From assembly GCF_009914755.1 (NCBI RefSeq), contig NC_060926.1: a stretch of 64,000 bases of DNA, one strand, 5' to 3'. The position numbers were made by a program, and so were the translations under genes. Positions 1 through 12,231 of this stretch are shown one piece after another. Below the pieces are notes generated by a model, which was not told the DNA's origin, made no database searches, and worked only from the letters and a program-made list of their open reading frames with translations. Within the stretch, counting starts at the first letter, position 1. Each line of letters starts with the position of its first letter. The DNA comes from the human T2T-CHM13v2.0 reference genome, Homo sapiens.

Positions 1-973
1 CTTATAAATGACTCAGACATTTCATGATTATCTATTACTTAATTTAATACAATATGATCTTAGGATTTTAAGTTACTGAAAATAATTTTGAAAATATGAC
101 ACAAGTACCCTTCCTAATGCCTTCCCCAGTCATGCTGGGTCTTAAATAACTATATGGCATCCAGGACAGCTATGAAGGGCAGGGCCCATCTGGGTGCCAA
201 GTTTATATACCAGGTGTAGAACTCAGGACAGAAGACAGCTATGAAGATGATGTCTGAAGGATCCAACCCTTCGTAGAATGGCCAGGAACCAAAGCTAATC
301 CCAGGAAGAAGTGCCATACTCGGCTTGACTCTGTCCTTTAGCTGGTGATCAAAGCACTGAGGACATGTCCCCAGATCTTACCATGGCCAACTATCAGACC
401 TCAAAATCTAGAGGTTCAAAACTAAAAATATAAGCTTACAGTCAAATTAAGTATCAAAAATATTAAAGAAGTAGTAGTTTCATGACTTTAAAACATGTAT
501 CAGAGGTAGTATAAAATTGTCTGACCAGTATATGCAGACAAAATGTCTGAATTATATTTAACTGACAATTTTGAAGTCATTTGTATTTCGTCATAATAAC
601 AATTTAAAACTAGCTTTATTTATCAAGTTTTATGTATACATAATACATAGAGACATAGACAAAAATAGATTTTATAGTTTTTATAAAGAATTTTTATTAA
701 TTGGCTTTTAAATATATATTTTTTCTTTTTAGATGATTAATCTTTTATTTATCTGTTTTATTGCCCTAAGTAATTGATAGGCAATAATTTGTTTTTAAAG
801 CAATGACTCTTACATGAAACAAGATAAAAAATCTGTACCTTGAAAGCACAGAGCTGAGACTTCAGGCCTAAATATTGTGCTATTATTTGCTCAAATCAAA
901 GAAAAAGTTTTTATATAAAATCCCAGTTAAGACAAAATGACCAGAAAAAGCTCATTAAACAAATGTAAGACTT

Positions 974-1347
974 TGTATTAGTCCTTTCTCACACTGCTAT
1001 GGAGAAAAATCTGAGATTGGGTAATTTATAAAGGAAAGAGGCTTAATTGACTCACAGTTCTGCATGGCTGGGGAGGCCTCAGGAAACTTACAGTCATGGT
1101 GGAAGGGGAAACAAATGCATCCTTCTTCACAAGGTAGCAGGAAAGAAAAGTGCTGAGCAAAGGGGGAAAAGCCCATTATAAAACCATCAGATCTTGTGAG
1201 AACTCATTCACGATCATGAGAAAAGAATGGGGGTAACCTCCACCATGATTCAATTATCTCTCATTAGGTCCCTCCCATGACACATGGGGATCATGGGAAC
1301 TAAAATTCAAGATGAGATTTGGGTGGGGACACAGCCAAACCATATCA
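974..1347 (-). mobile_element. MaLR solo LTR (THE1C/THE1D-like)
   Basis: TGTATTAGTC...CCAAACCATATCA termini typical of THE1. 5-bp TSD GACTT at 969-973 and 1348-1352. Confidence 0.9.
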
Positions 1348-1429
1348 GACTTGTTATGTAAATTTAAAACAATTGTAAGAGTTTCTAGTCACTCAGTCAT
1401 CTCTCTTAAACATCCTTATAAATGGAAGT

Positions 1430-1787
<358 letters not shown>

Positions 1788-2842
1788 TAGCCAGCTAAAT
1801 GTTAGAAGGGTGTACTTTGAACACTGATTTAGTTTAATAGGTGGTCTTTTTAACTTAGTTTTTGCCTTTTAGTTAAAATTACTGAGTTCAGTTTGGAACC
1901 CATCAGGGAATAGGGTAAAGAAACGATTCTCTATGTCTGGACTCAGCATAGATAGCTTTGAAAAAGAAGAAAGCCTACTTTTTATAAATACTTTATACAG
2001 AATAGCTTTTTTTTTTTGTCATTGGGTAGTAACAGCCAAATGTTTAGTGGATGTAGTTTTTCTTATTAATTAATCACTTGAGATTTTTATTTGTCTTTCA
2101 TAAAGTCTTTTAAAAAAATAAAGAATAAAAATATTAAAATCTTTTTAGAAGCTTTTCTACATCAATAGGCATTCCTTCATGGGCCTAATTCAGGAGCCCT
2201 CATTTAAAAATGTACTTTTACAAGTACAGTGTTCATTTGGAATGTTCTACTGTAATTTTAAATTACTTTAGTAAGCTTTTTCAATTTCTATAAGCATTTG
2301 CTGCTTTTGAGGCCTAATATGCATGTAAACATAGGTGTAGCTGGTAGGTAGAGTGGGTAGAGTTCTTTAGAAATAAGGTTATTTGCTTTGGTTCTCAGAT
2401 CTCCTTGATCTACTTAGTCAATGATTTTTTCCCCACCTAAACATGCAAGGAAAAGAAACAAAGGGGATAGAACACGAAAAACATGAATTTCTGAAAGCCA
2501 GAGTTGGCACATTCTGCAGCATTTCTATTTACTCTCAGTTTCTGCCTGACCTAGTCAGACATTTGAGGCCTCTAACTGGATCCAGGTCAGTTAGTTTTCA
2601 GGTTTATTCTGATCCTGGATCCAGACCAGTTTCTGTTGTGACTTCTGAACAAGTTTGGATTAAAAAAAATTGTTCAAACAACCATGGACAGCCCAAAACA
2701 CAAATCTGTGGTGCTTCAGAATTTGAGAGAGAACTTATTTATGATCCCCAAGCACTGTAAGAAACCAATGGACAAAATGGGCTGGAAGGTACTTCTTTTT
2801 GTTACTTGATGATCCTGGGGGTCACTAGAAGCTCTACTTGGG

Positions 2843-2860
2843 ATCCCACTTCTGACACTG
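2843..2860 (-). other. Retroviral primer-binding site complementary to the tRNA-Leu 3' end
   Basis: Plus strand ATCCCACTTCTGACAC(tg) equals the tRNA-Leu 3' end ATCCCACTTCTGACACCA at 16/18 positions and lies 2 nt from the LTR edge. Confidence 0.8.
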
Positions 2861-2862
2861 AC

Positions 2863-3244
2863 TGTTAAAAACTTTAGGCAAATTATATTTAACAGGATTT
2901 AATTTAGCAAAGAACAATTAACAAATTGGGCAGGCCTCTGAACCAGAGTAGATTTAGAGAGACTCCAGCACTGTCTCATGGTTGGAGAGGATTTATGGAC
3001 AGAAAACAGAAAATGTTGCTCAGAAAATGGAAGTAAGGTAGAGAAACATCTGCATTAGTTATAGTTTGGTGTTTGTATTATTTGAACAGTTGTCTGCCTG
3101 TGATTGGCCAAAACTTTGTGATTTGTACAAGAACAGATTATATAGTTTGTTTACATGTCCAGTTAGGTTACAGTTCACTATGTATGGAGAAATTTTTAGG
3201 CCAAACCTACAAGAAGGAAGCTTTAGGCTAAACCTGATTTAACA
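2863..3244 (-). mobile_element. MER57-family LTR (5' LTR of the provirus)
   Basis: TGTTAAAA...TTTAACA termini. Body (GTGATTGGCC...CAGTTAGGTTACAGTTCACTATGTA...GCTTTAGGCTAAAC) matches recalled MER57. Followed on the - strand by the PBS. Confidence 0.8.
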
Positions 3245-5440
3245 AGTGTTACTGTAATATTGGATTTCCCTTAATTCCTTACTCGTTTAGTCATTCCTTT
3301 ACCCTCAGCTTCTATTCTTTTTTCTCTTCATTTGTAGCCAAACTTTTCCACCTTTGGAGAGGACATTAGGTTTAGCCACTGTGCTTGTCTAGACTGCAAA
3401 CAGCAGTATCAGTCTAGCAAATGCCTCCCTCTTAGTCCACTCCCATTTAGATAGGGCAAGGTTATGTAAGTGCAGAACTATTGGGCCATCTTCACTCTCA
3501 GGCAATATATAGCTACATTCACTTTTAGCCCCAATTTTGCCAGATGGGGTGAAGATATAAACCCACCTCTATCAGGCCCTCAGGAATTCTAGCATAAGAT
3601 TTAAAAACACAGTTACACTTTCTTTTTTAGGAATAATTTATGTTTCCACAAACTGTAGTTGATCCTTGGCCCTAGGACCACTGCATCAAGTGGGTGGGTG
3701 GGGGGAACATGATATGGGGAGGAAAGAAAAACAGTAACATCATTATACTAGCATCCTCCTTCCTTGATAAGAATTGCATAGTCATACTTGCATCCTTCGC
3801 TACCCTCTTTTATCCAGATTAACCAGAAAAATGGAGGAAAATCTAGTGGGAACACTCTTTTAATCCCACTCCTGTTGAGTGTGAGCACACACTTTTGAAG
3901 GCATGTAAGCTAGTCTTTCATGCTTTTATCGCCTCCTATTTTGGCCAACCAATGTTTTAATTTCCCATTTCACTTCTCTATCAAACTACTACTCTAGGAG
4001 GAGATTTTCTTGCCTACTATGGGACATTATGGGCTGTACAGTGTGTTCCTTGGTTCCGTATGTCTAAAGACATATGGTTGGCCATCCAAATTGTGTAATA
4101 TTATCTGTGTTTTTAATAGCACTCTGAACATTTGCATCTTCTACCAGGTAAGCAAAGCCCAGTCCAGAATCAGTGACTACTCCTATCAAGATCCATTTTT
4201 AGCACCCCCATACTTACCGGCATCAATCTCACCTACCAACTGTGTTTAGGGCTTCCCCAATAGGAGTGTAGCCCCATAGCCATAAGCAGTCTCTGTGTCT
4301 TTTGCTGGCAGACAGAACAGTTCTTATTGGCATTATGTGCTTGAAAAGTTGCAAAAGGAACATACTTGGATTGAGCTCATCTCTGCATTATTGCAGTACC
4401 CCCATTTCATGGACTCAGGTGGCCACCTTAAATTAGCACCTGCTGATAGCTGCTTGACTTTTAATCCTGGAAGGGGCTCTTTCAATGGACATGTTCTGCT
4501 TTAATGAACCTCTCAAATTTCCATAGGGTCATGCCTTATATGGGCATCCCTTCAATAGGCCAGGTTCCCAGCATCCTCTTGCCTGAGTGTATGACCAGGC
4601 CATTGGCTACTGCCCACAAGTCAGTAAAAAGCCAAAGACAGGCTTTTACCAGGGTTTTGATGTTCAATTCTTTCATACTGCTAGAAAACAGCGTGCAGTT
4701 CAGCCCACTGAGCTGATTTGTTTTTAACTTCTTTGATCAGTAGCATCCTTCCAAATAATATGTTGTCTGTTCACCTTGGAACTCCTATCCACAAACTAAG
4801 CAGCTCTTAATTGGTCAGTTGAAAGGTACTTATAGGGCACTGTAGAATCCATCAGCTCCTCACACAATTCCAGAGTCAGTCCTAGTACACAAGTCCAGAG
4901 TCAGTTCTAGCTTCCTGCTTGTATCACTTCCTTGCATTCCCAGGTAGCATGAACCTATATAGACCATTTCCATTTTATTATGGAACTCTTCTGGGCACTG
5001 TCATTCCCATTAGAGTATTTCTCTGACATCACCCAAGACAGCATGGGTATTTCTGGTTTCAAGATTATTTTATGTACTTCATTCATAGGGGTAGCTCTAA
5101 TTAATGTTTGATAGCAAGGTATTAAATGCCCCTCAAATGGAAATTCTCTAGTCCAAAATCCCAGGAGTTGTTACTGGGAGGTGCTCATAGGCTTTTGCTA
5201 TAAGCTTAGGCCTAGGCTCCACATAGGCCTATGGCACAGAGAATTTCTTCATTCTAGCATTCCAACTTTTATTCTTCACTATGTGGTCTTGGAAATCTTA
5301 CTCATTCCCTTTTAGCATCTCCAATTAATATAGCTTAAAGGGCAGATTTACATGCTTGCTGTTTTATGATACTAGGTAGTGAAAACATTCCTTAGATACA
5401 ATTTCTGTATATGTTTTAGGTGCCCAGTCAGGGACAATAT
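3245..5440 (-). mobile_element. Degenerate class III (ERVL-type) pol remnant: RNase H and integrase
   Basis: Manual - strand translation gives A*FVDRSSK (~4801-4775), KSAQWAEL (~4719-4696), FTDLWAVANGL (~4628-4596), NQGTH (~4056-4042) and *SSSLIEK*NGKLK (~3997-3956). These are RNase H and IN core motifs in the correct order, with stops. Confidence 0.75.
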
Positions 5441-5580
5441 CTATATATGTTTAAGATATATTAAGATGTTTTAATATACATAGTGAAATGCTTACTACGG
5501 TCAAGCAAATTAACATATTCACGAATATCCCTCACTTCAAATAGTTACCTCTTTTTTGTGTGTGGCAAAAGCACCTAAAC

Positions 5581-5858
5581 GGCCAGGTACAATGGCTCAC
5601 ACCTGTAATCCTTGGCAGGCCAATGCAGGCAAATTGCTTGAGTCCAGGAGTTCAAGACCAGCCTGGACAACATGCTGAAACCGTGTCTCCACAAAAAATT
5701 AGCAAAGTGTTGTAGTGGGCACCTGAAGTTCCAGCTACTTGGGAGGCTGAAGTGGAAGGATTCCTGGAGCCTGGAGATGGAGGTATAGTGAGCCGTGATC
5801 ATGCCATTGCACTCCGGCCTGTGTTACAGAGAAAGACTCTCAAAAAAAAAAAAAAAAA
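5581..5858 (+). mobile_element. Alu (diverged, AluJ-like)
   Basis: GGCCAGGTACAATGGCTCACACCTGTAATCC... with A17 tail at 5842-5858. TSD AAAAGCACCTAAAC at 5567-5580 and 5920-5933. Confidence 0.93.
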
Positions 5859-5861
5859 GCA

Positions 5862-5913
5862 CCTATCCACTACAGTCCTCCGCTCTACCAACTGAGCTAT
5901 CGAAGGCTCCGCT
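5862..5913 (-). pseudogene. 3'-truncated (tailless) retrocopy of pre-tRNA-Tyr(GTA): 7-nt 5' extension, nt 1-37, first 8 nt of intron
   Basis: Reverse complement reads AGCGGAG-CCTTCGATAGCTCAGTTGGTAGAGCGGAGGACTGTAG-TGGATAGG, with anticodon GTA at 5873-5871. Flanked by direct repeat A10GCACCTA (5849-5865 and 5914-5930). No T-arm/B-box or 3' acceptor strand. Confidence 0.9.
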
Positions 5914-6244
5914 AAAAAAAAAAGCACCTAAACTCTACTGTTAGCAAAATTTCAGTGTACAATACAATATTATTAACTTTAGTCATACTCTACATTAAAT
6001 CTCTAGACTTATTATTCATCTTACATAACTGCAAGTTTGTTCCATTTGACCTACATCTCCCCACTTCTTCCTGCCCAGCCCCACTCCCATAACCACCATT
6101 CTGTAATGCTGTTTCTGTGAGTTTGACTTTTTAAAAAGATTCTACATTTAAGTGTAAAAATGCAGTATTTTTCTGTGTCTGGTGTTTACCTAGCACAATG
6201 TACTCCAGGTTCATCTGTGTTGTCACAAATGGCAGGATCTCCTT

Positions 6245-9200
6245 TAAATTTTTTTTATTTTTAATTTTTATGGGTACATAATAGGTGTATATATTTATGG
6301 GGTACATGAGGTATTTTGATGCAGGTATACAATGTGTATTTGGCACATCAGCGTAAATGGAATATCCATTGCCTCAAGCATTCATCATTTCTTTGTATTA
6401 CGAACATTCCAATTGTACTCTCTCATTATTCTAAAACGCACAACAAATTATTGCTGACTGGTCACCCTGTTGTGTTATCAAATACCAGGTCTTATTCATT
6501 GTATCTAACTACATTTTTATACCCATTAACCATCTTCATTCCACCTTTCCCCTTACCTACTACATTTTCCAGCCTCTGGTAGCTATCATTCTCCTCTCTA
6601 TCTCCATGAGTTCAATGATTTTAATTTTTAGCTCCCATAAATGTGTGAGAACATGTGAAGTTTATTTTTCTATGCTTGGCTTATTTCACTTAACAATGTT
6701 CTCAAGTTCCATCCATATTGCATCAATTCACAGGATCTCATTCTTTTTTATGGCTGAATAGTTCTCCATTGTGTATATATACCACATTTTCTTTATCCAG
6801 TCATCTGTTGATGGACACAGGTTGATTTGAAATCTTGTTTTGTGACTAATGCTGGAATAAACATGGGATTGCAGATACTTCTTCAATATACTGATTTCCT
6901 TTCTTTTGGGTTTATACATAGCAGTGAGGTTGCTGCATCATATGGTAATTCTATTTTTAGTTTTCTGGGAAACCTGCATACGGTTCTCCTTTCTTTTTTC
7001 TTTTCTTTCTTTCTTTCTTTCTTTTTTTTTTTTTTTTTTTTGAGACTGAGTCTCGCACTGTCGCCCAGGCTGGAGTGCAGTCGCTGATTTCGGCTCACTG
7101 CAACCTCTGCCTCCTGAGTTCAAGGGATTCTCCTGCCTCAGCCTCCTGGGTAGCTGAGGTTACAAGTGCACGCCACCAGACCTGGCTTTTTTTGTATTTT
7201 TAGTAGAGATGGGGTTTCACCATGTTGGCCAGTCTGGTCTCAAACTCCTGACCTCAAGTGATCCTCCTGCCTCTGCCTCCCAAAGTGCTGGGATTACAGG
7301 CATGAACCATGGTGCCCAGCTGGGTTCTCCTTTCTATACATCCTTGCTAGCATTTGTTATTGCCTGTATTTTGGATAAAAGCCATTTTAACCGGGATGAC
7401 ATGATATCTCATCATACTTTTGGTTTGCATTTGCATTTTTCTGATAATCAGTCATGTTGAGTGTCTTTTTACATACCTGTTTGCCATTTGTATCTTCTGT
7501 TGAGAAATGTCTACTTAGATCTTTTGCCCATTTTAAAATTAGATTATTAGATTTTTTTTATTGAGTTGTTTGTGCTCTTTATATATTATGGTTATTAATA
7601 CTTTGTCAGGTGGATAGTTTGCAAATATTTTCTCCCATTCTGTGGGTTGTTCTCTTCACTTTGTTGATTGTTTTATTTGCTGTACAGAAGCTTTTTAACT
7701 TGATGTGATCCCATTTGTGTATTACCTGTTTTGGTTGCCTGTGCTTTTTGGGTATCACTCAAGAAATCTTTGCCCAGACTGATGTCCTGGAGAGTTTCCA
7801 CAATGTTTTCTTTTAGTAGTTTCATAGTTTCATGTATTAGATTTAAGTCTTTAATCCATGTTGATTTGATTTTTGTATATGACAAGAGATAGGGGTCTAG
7901 TTCTATTCTTCTACATAAGAATATCCAGTTTTCCCAGCACCATTTATTGAAGAGACTGTCCTTTCTCCAATGTATGTTCTTGGCACCATTATCAAAAATG
8001 AGTTCACTGTAGATGTATGGATTTATGTTTGGGTTCTCTATTCTGTTCCATTGCTCTATGTGGCTATTTTTATGTCAGTACCACACTGTTTTGGTTACTA
8101 TAGCTCTATAATATAATTTGAAGTCAGGTAATGTGATTCCTCCAGTTTTTTTTGTTTGTTTGTTTGTTTGTTTTTGCTGTGGACAGCTCTGACCATTCTT
8201 GGTCTTTTATGGTTCCATATACATTTTTGGATTTTTTTTTCTATTTCTGTGGAGAATGTCATTGGTATTTTGATAGGGATTGCATTAAATCTATAGATTG
8301 CTTTGGGTAGTGAGGACATTTTAATAACATTGATTCTTCCAATACATGAACATGGAACATCTTTCCATTTTGTGTGTGTCCTCTTCAATTTCTTGCTTCA
8401 ATGTTTTGTCTTTTTAATTGTAGAAATCTTTTACCTCTTTGATGAAGTTTATTCCTTGATATTTTATTTGTAGCTATTTTAAATGGGATTACTTTCTTGA
8501 TTTCTTTTTCAGTTTGTCTGTTGTTGGCATACAGAAAAACTACTGATATTTTATGTTGATTATGTCCTGCAACTTTCCTGAATTTTTTAAATCAGCTCTA
8601 GTAGGCTTTTTTTGTGGAGTCTTTACTTTCTTTCCAAGTATAAAATAATCTGCAAAGAAGGATAATTCTATTTATTCCTTTCCAATTTGGATGGACTTTA
8701 TTTCTTTCTCTTGCTTGATTGCTCTAGCTAGGACTTCCAGTACTATGGTGAACAACAGCAGTCAAAGTGGGCATCCTTGTCATGTTTCACATCTTAGAAA
8801 AAAGGCTTTCAATTTTTCCCCATGTAGTATGATACTAGATGTGGGTCTGCCATATATGGCTTTTATTGTGTTCAGGTATGTTCCTTCTATACCCAGGTTT
8901 TTTGAGGATTCTTAACATGAAGGGATGCTGAATTTAATCAAATTCTTTTTCAGTATCGATTGAAATGATCATATAGTTTTTGTCCTTCTCTTTGTTGATA
9001 TGTGATGTATCACATTGATCAATTTGCATTTGTTGAACTATTGCTGCATCCCTGGGATAAATACCAATTGGTCATGATGGATGAACTTTATAATGTATTG
9101 TTAAATTGGATTTGCCAGTATTTTGGTGGTATGTTTTAATTTTTTGCTTTATATTTGTTTTTGTATCTGTTGTAGGATTTTTTATTTAAAGCTACTATGA

Positions 9201-12200
9201 GGCTTGTAAATAACATCTATAACCCATTATTTTCAATGGATGACAACTTAACTCTGACTGTAAGCGCAAACAAACAAAAAAAGGAAAAGCAAAGAGAAAA
9301 CTAATAAAAACTCCACACTTGAACTTCATCCTCCTTGCTTTTTAACTTTTTGTTGTTTCTATTTATTTCTTACTATGTCATCTATGTCTTAAAAAGATAT
9401 TGTAGTTTTATTTTTGATAGGTTTATCTTTTAGTCTTCTTACTCAAGATATAAGTAATTTACACACTTCAATTACAGTGTTGTAATATCCTGTATTTGTC
9501 TGTTACCAGTGAGTTTTGTACCTTTAGGTGATTGCTTGTTGCTCATTAACATCTTTTTCTTTCAGATTGGAGAATTCCCTTTAGTAATTTTTTGCATGAC
9601 AAGTCTTGTGTTGACAAAAATCCCCCAACTTTGTCTGGGAAAGTCTTTATTTCTCTTTTATTTGAATATTGATATTTTTCTCTAGGTTTGGAAAGTTCTC
9701 TGTTATCATCTCTTTGAATACACTTTCTATGCCAATCTCTCTCGCTACCTTCTCTTTAAGGTCAATAACTCTTAGATTTGCCTTTTTGGGGCTATAGTCT
9801 AGATCCAGTAGGTGTGCTTCATTATTTTTTATTTTTTCATCTTCTGACTCCTCTGATTGTGTATTTACAAATAAGCTGTCTCAAGCTCACTGATTCTTTC
9901 TTCTTCTTGATCAGTTCTGGTGTTGAGAGACTCTCGTGTTCTTCAGTTTGTCACTTGAATTTTTCAGCTCCAGAATTCTTCCTTAATTCTTTTTAATTAT
10001 TTCAATCTTTTTGTTAAATTTATCTGATAGGATTCTGAATTCCTTCTCTGTGTTAGCTTGCATTTCATTGAGCTTCCTGAAAACAGCTCTTTTGAATTCT
10101 CTGTCTGAAGAGTCATATATCTCTGTCACTCTGGAATTGGTCACTGGTGCCTTCTTTTGTTCTCTTGGTAAGGTCACATTTTCTGGAATGGTCTTAATGC
10201 TTGGGATATTTATTGATGTCTGGGTGTCGAAGAGTTATGTATTTATTCTAATCTTCCCAGTCTGGTCTTGTTTGTTCCCTTTCTTTTTGAGAAGCCTTTC
10301 CAATTATTCAAAGTGAATTAAGGGTTGTAATCTAAGTCTGCAATTGCTGTAGCCATATCTGCATTAGGGGAAACACCAAGCTTGGTAACACGGTGGCTCT
10401 TGCAGACTAAAAGAGGTACTGCCTTGGTGGTGTTGTGTAAAATCTCAGAAAATACCCTGGACTACCAGGCAGAGTCTCTTGTTCTCTTCCCTTACTTTCC
10501 CACAAACAAATGGAGTTTCTCTCACAACCTTAGGCTGAGCTGCCTAAAGTTGAAGGAGAAGTGATTCAAGCACTCCTATGGCCACCACTGCTGGAATCTT
10601 GTTGGGTCACCTCTGAAGCCAGCGCAGTACTGGGTCTCTCACCAAGCCCTGTGGTGACTATTTCCTGACTACTGCTGATGTTTGTTCAAGGCTTAAGAGC
10701 TCTTTAGTAAGTAGGTGATGAATCTTCCCAGGACTGGCTCTTTCCTTTCAGTGCAGCATGTTCCCTTCTGACCCATGGTGGATCTAGAAATGCCATCCAG
10801 GAGTTAGGGCCTGGGTTTGGAGGTTTAGGAATATCCCTGGTGATTTATTTTACTGGGGCTGAGCTGGTACCCAGGCTGCAAGACAAAAGTCCTCTTTACT
10901 TTTCCCTTTCCTTTCCTCAAGCAGAATGAGTCTCTTCCTGTGGCCACCACTACCCCAGGCCTGTGATGACTACTGCACGACTACTGCTGATGTTTATTCA
11001 AGGCCCAAGGACTACTTAGTCAACAGGTCGTAAATTCTGCCAGGCCTAGGTCTCTCACTTCAGGGCGCAGGTTCCTTCTGTCTGTGGCAGGTGTTGAAAT
11101 GTCCTCTAGGAGCTGATACCTGGAATTGGTGACTTTAGGAGTCAGCTTCGTGCTTTATTTTACTGTGGCTGAGCTGGTACCCAAGTTACCAAAGTCCCTT
11201 TTACTCTTCTTTCCCCTTTCCTCAGCAGAAGAAGTATCTCCCTGTTGCCACCACAGCTGGGAATGTGCTGGGTTACACCTGAAGCTAGCATGGTACTGGG
11301 TCTTGCCTAAGGCCTAAGGAAACTGCCACCTGGCTTCTGCTGTTGTTTATTCAAGGCCCAAGCACTCTTTAGTCAGCAGGTGATGAATTCCAGGTCTGGG
11401 TCCTTACTTTCAGGGCAATGGGTTTCCTTCTGGGTCCGAGTCACTCTAGAAATGTTGTCGAGAAGCTACGGCCTGGAATGGGGGTTTCAGGACTCTGGTT
11501 AGTGTTTTATTTTGCTGTAGCTGAGCTGGTATCGCAGTTGCAAGCCGAGGTCCTCTTTACTCTTCCCTCTCCTCCCAGAGCTTCAAGCTGTGATGCCTGG
11601 ATTTGGGGGAGGAGTGACACAAGCATTCCCTTGGCTGCCACAGCTGGTGTCTCAGTGGGTTACATGCACCCCAAACCTACTGGCTCTGAGCCCAGCACAG
11701 CACCAGGACTTGCTTAGGAATTGCAGCCCTTGTAGCCTAGACTGCCTTTCCAGTTTATTTAGGAGCCCAAAGCACATTAGCCCACAGTGGTGGGGCTAGC
11801 CAGAATTCAGGTTCAGACTGCAGAGATGGACAATTCCCTTCTGGCTAGGGCTGGTCTAAATGTTCTCTCTGTGGGTGCTGGCCAAATTCCGCCTTGTGTT
11901 GTTTTCTGCTGTGACAGGGCAGCACTGTGTTCCAATGCAAAGTCCCACAATCACTTTTCCTCCTCTAAGCATATAGTTTCTCTGCATCACACTGCACTGC
12001 CAGGGGATGGGGGAGGAGTTTTGTCAGCAATTCAAGACTGCTTTCCTGTGCTGTTCATTGCCTCTTTTCTTGGTATGATGTTAAAATCAGGTACTGTGAT
12101 TACTCGCCTGATTTTTGGTTCTTATGAAGGTGCTTTCTTGTGTGGGCAGTTGTTCAACTTGGTGTTCCTGCGAGTGGGATGATCATTGGAAGGTTCTGTT

Positions 12201-12225
12201 TGGCCATCTTGCTCCACCTCTGTCT
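6245..12225 (-). mobile_element. Near full-length L1MA-type element with internal deletion, nested in an older L1
   Basis: 3' UTR at 6245. ORF2 peptides in the ORF track (8098-8388 [25 protein letters not shown]; 7673-7885). Jump to inter-ORF sequence at ~9125. ORF1 peptide at 9983-10177. 5' end motif GCCATCTTGCTCC at ~12203-12215. Confidence 0.85.
6990..7321 (-). mobile_element. Alu (AluS-like) inside L1
   Basis: T/(CTTT)n tail at 6990-7041 and a canonical body. Flanking repeat GGTTCTCCTTTCT at 6982-6994 and 7323-7335. Confidence 0.93.
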
Positions 12226-12231
12226 CCCCCA

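Larger units (their letters stand above)
5445..6244 (-). mobile_element. Old L1M 3' end (host element; resumes at ~12232)
   Basis: L1MA/MB-type 3' UTR sequence. Breaks at GGCAGGATCTCCTTT and is interrupted by the Alu at 5581. Confidence 0.75.

Noticed and set aside
2843-2860. tRNA-Leu fragment
   Set aside because: Its position next to an LTR identifies it as a retroviral PBS.
5862-5913. Functional tRNA-Tyr gene
   Set aside because: It lacks the 3' exon, B-box and acceptor 3' strand, so it cannot fold or be a Pol III gene.
11418-12182. Several 69-131 aa ORFs on +
   Set aside because: They are antisense to an L1 5' UTR, show no recognisable protein similarity, and are explained by higher GC content.
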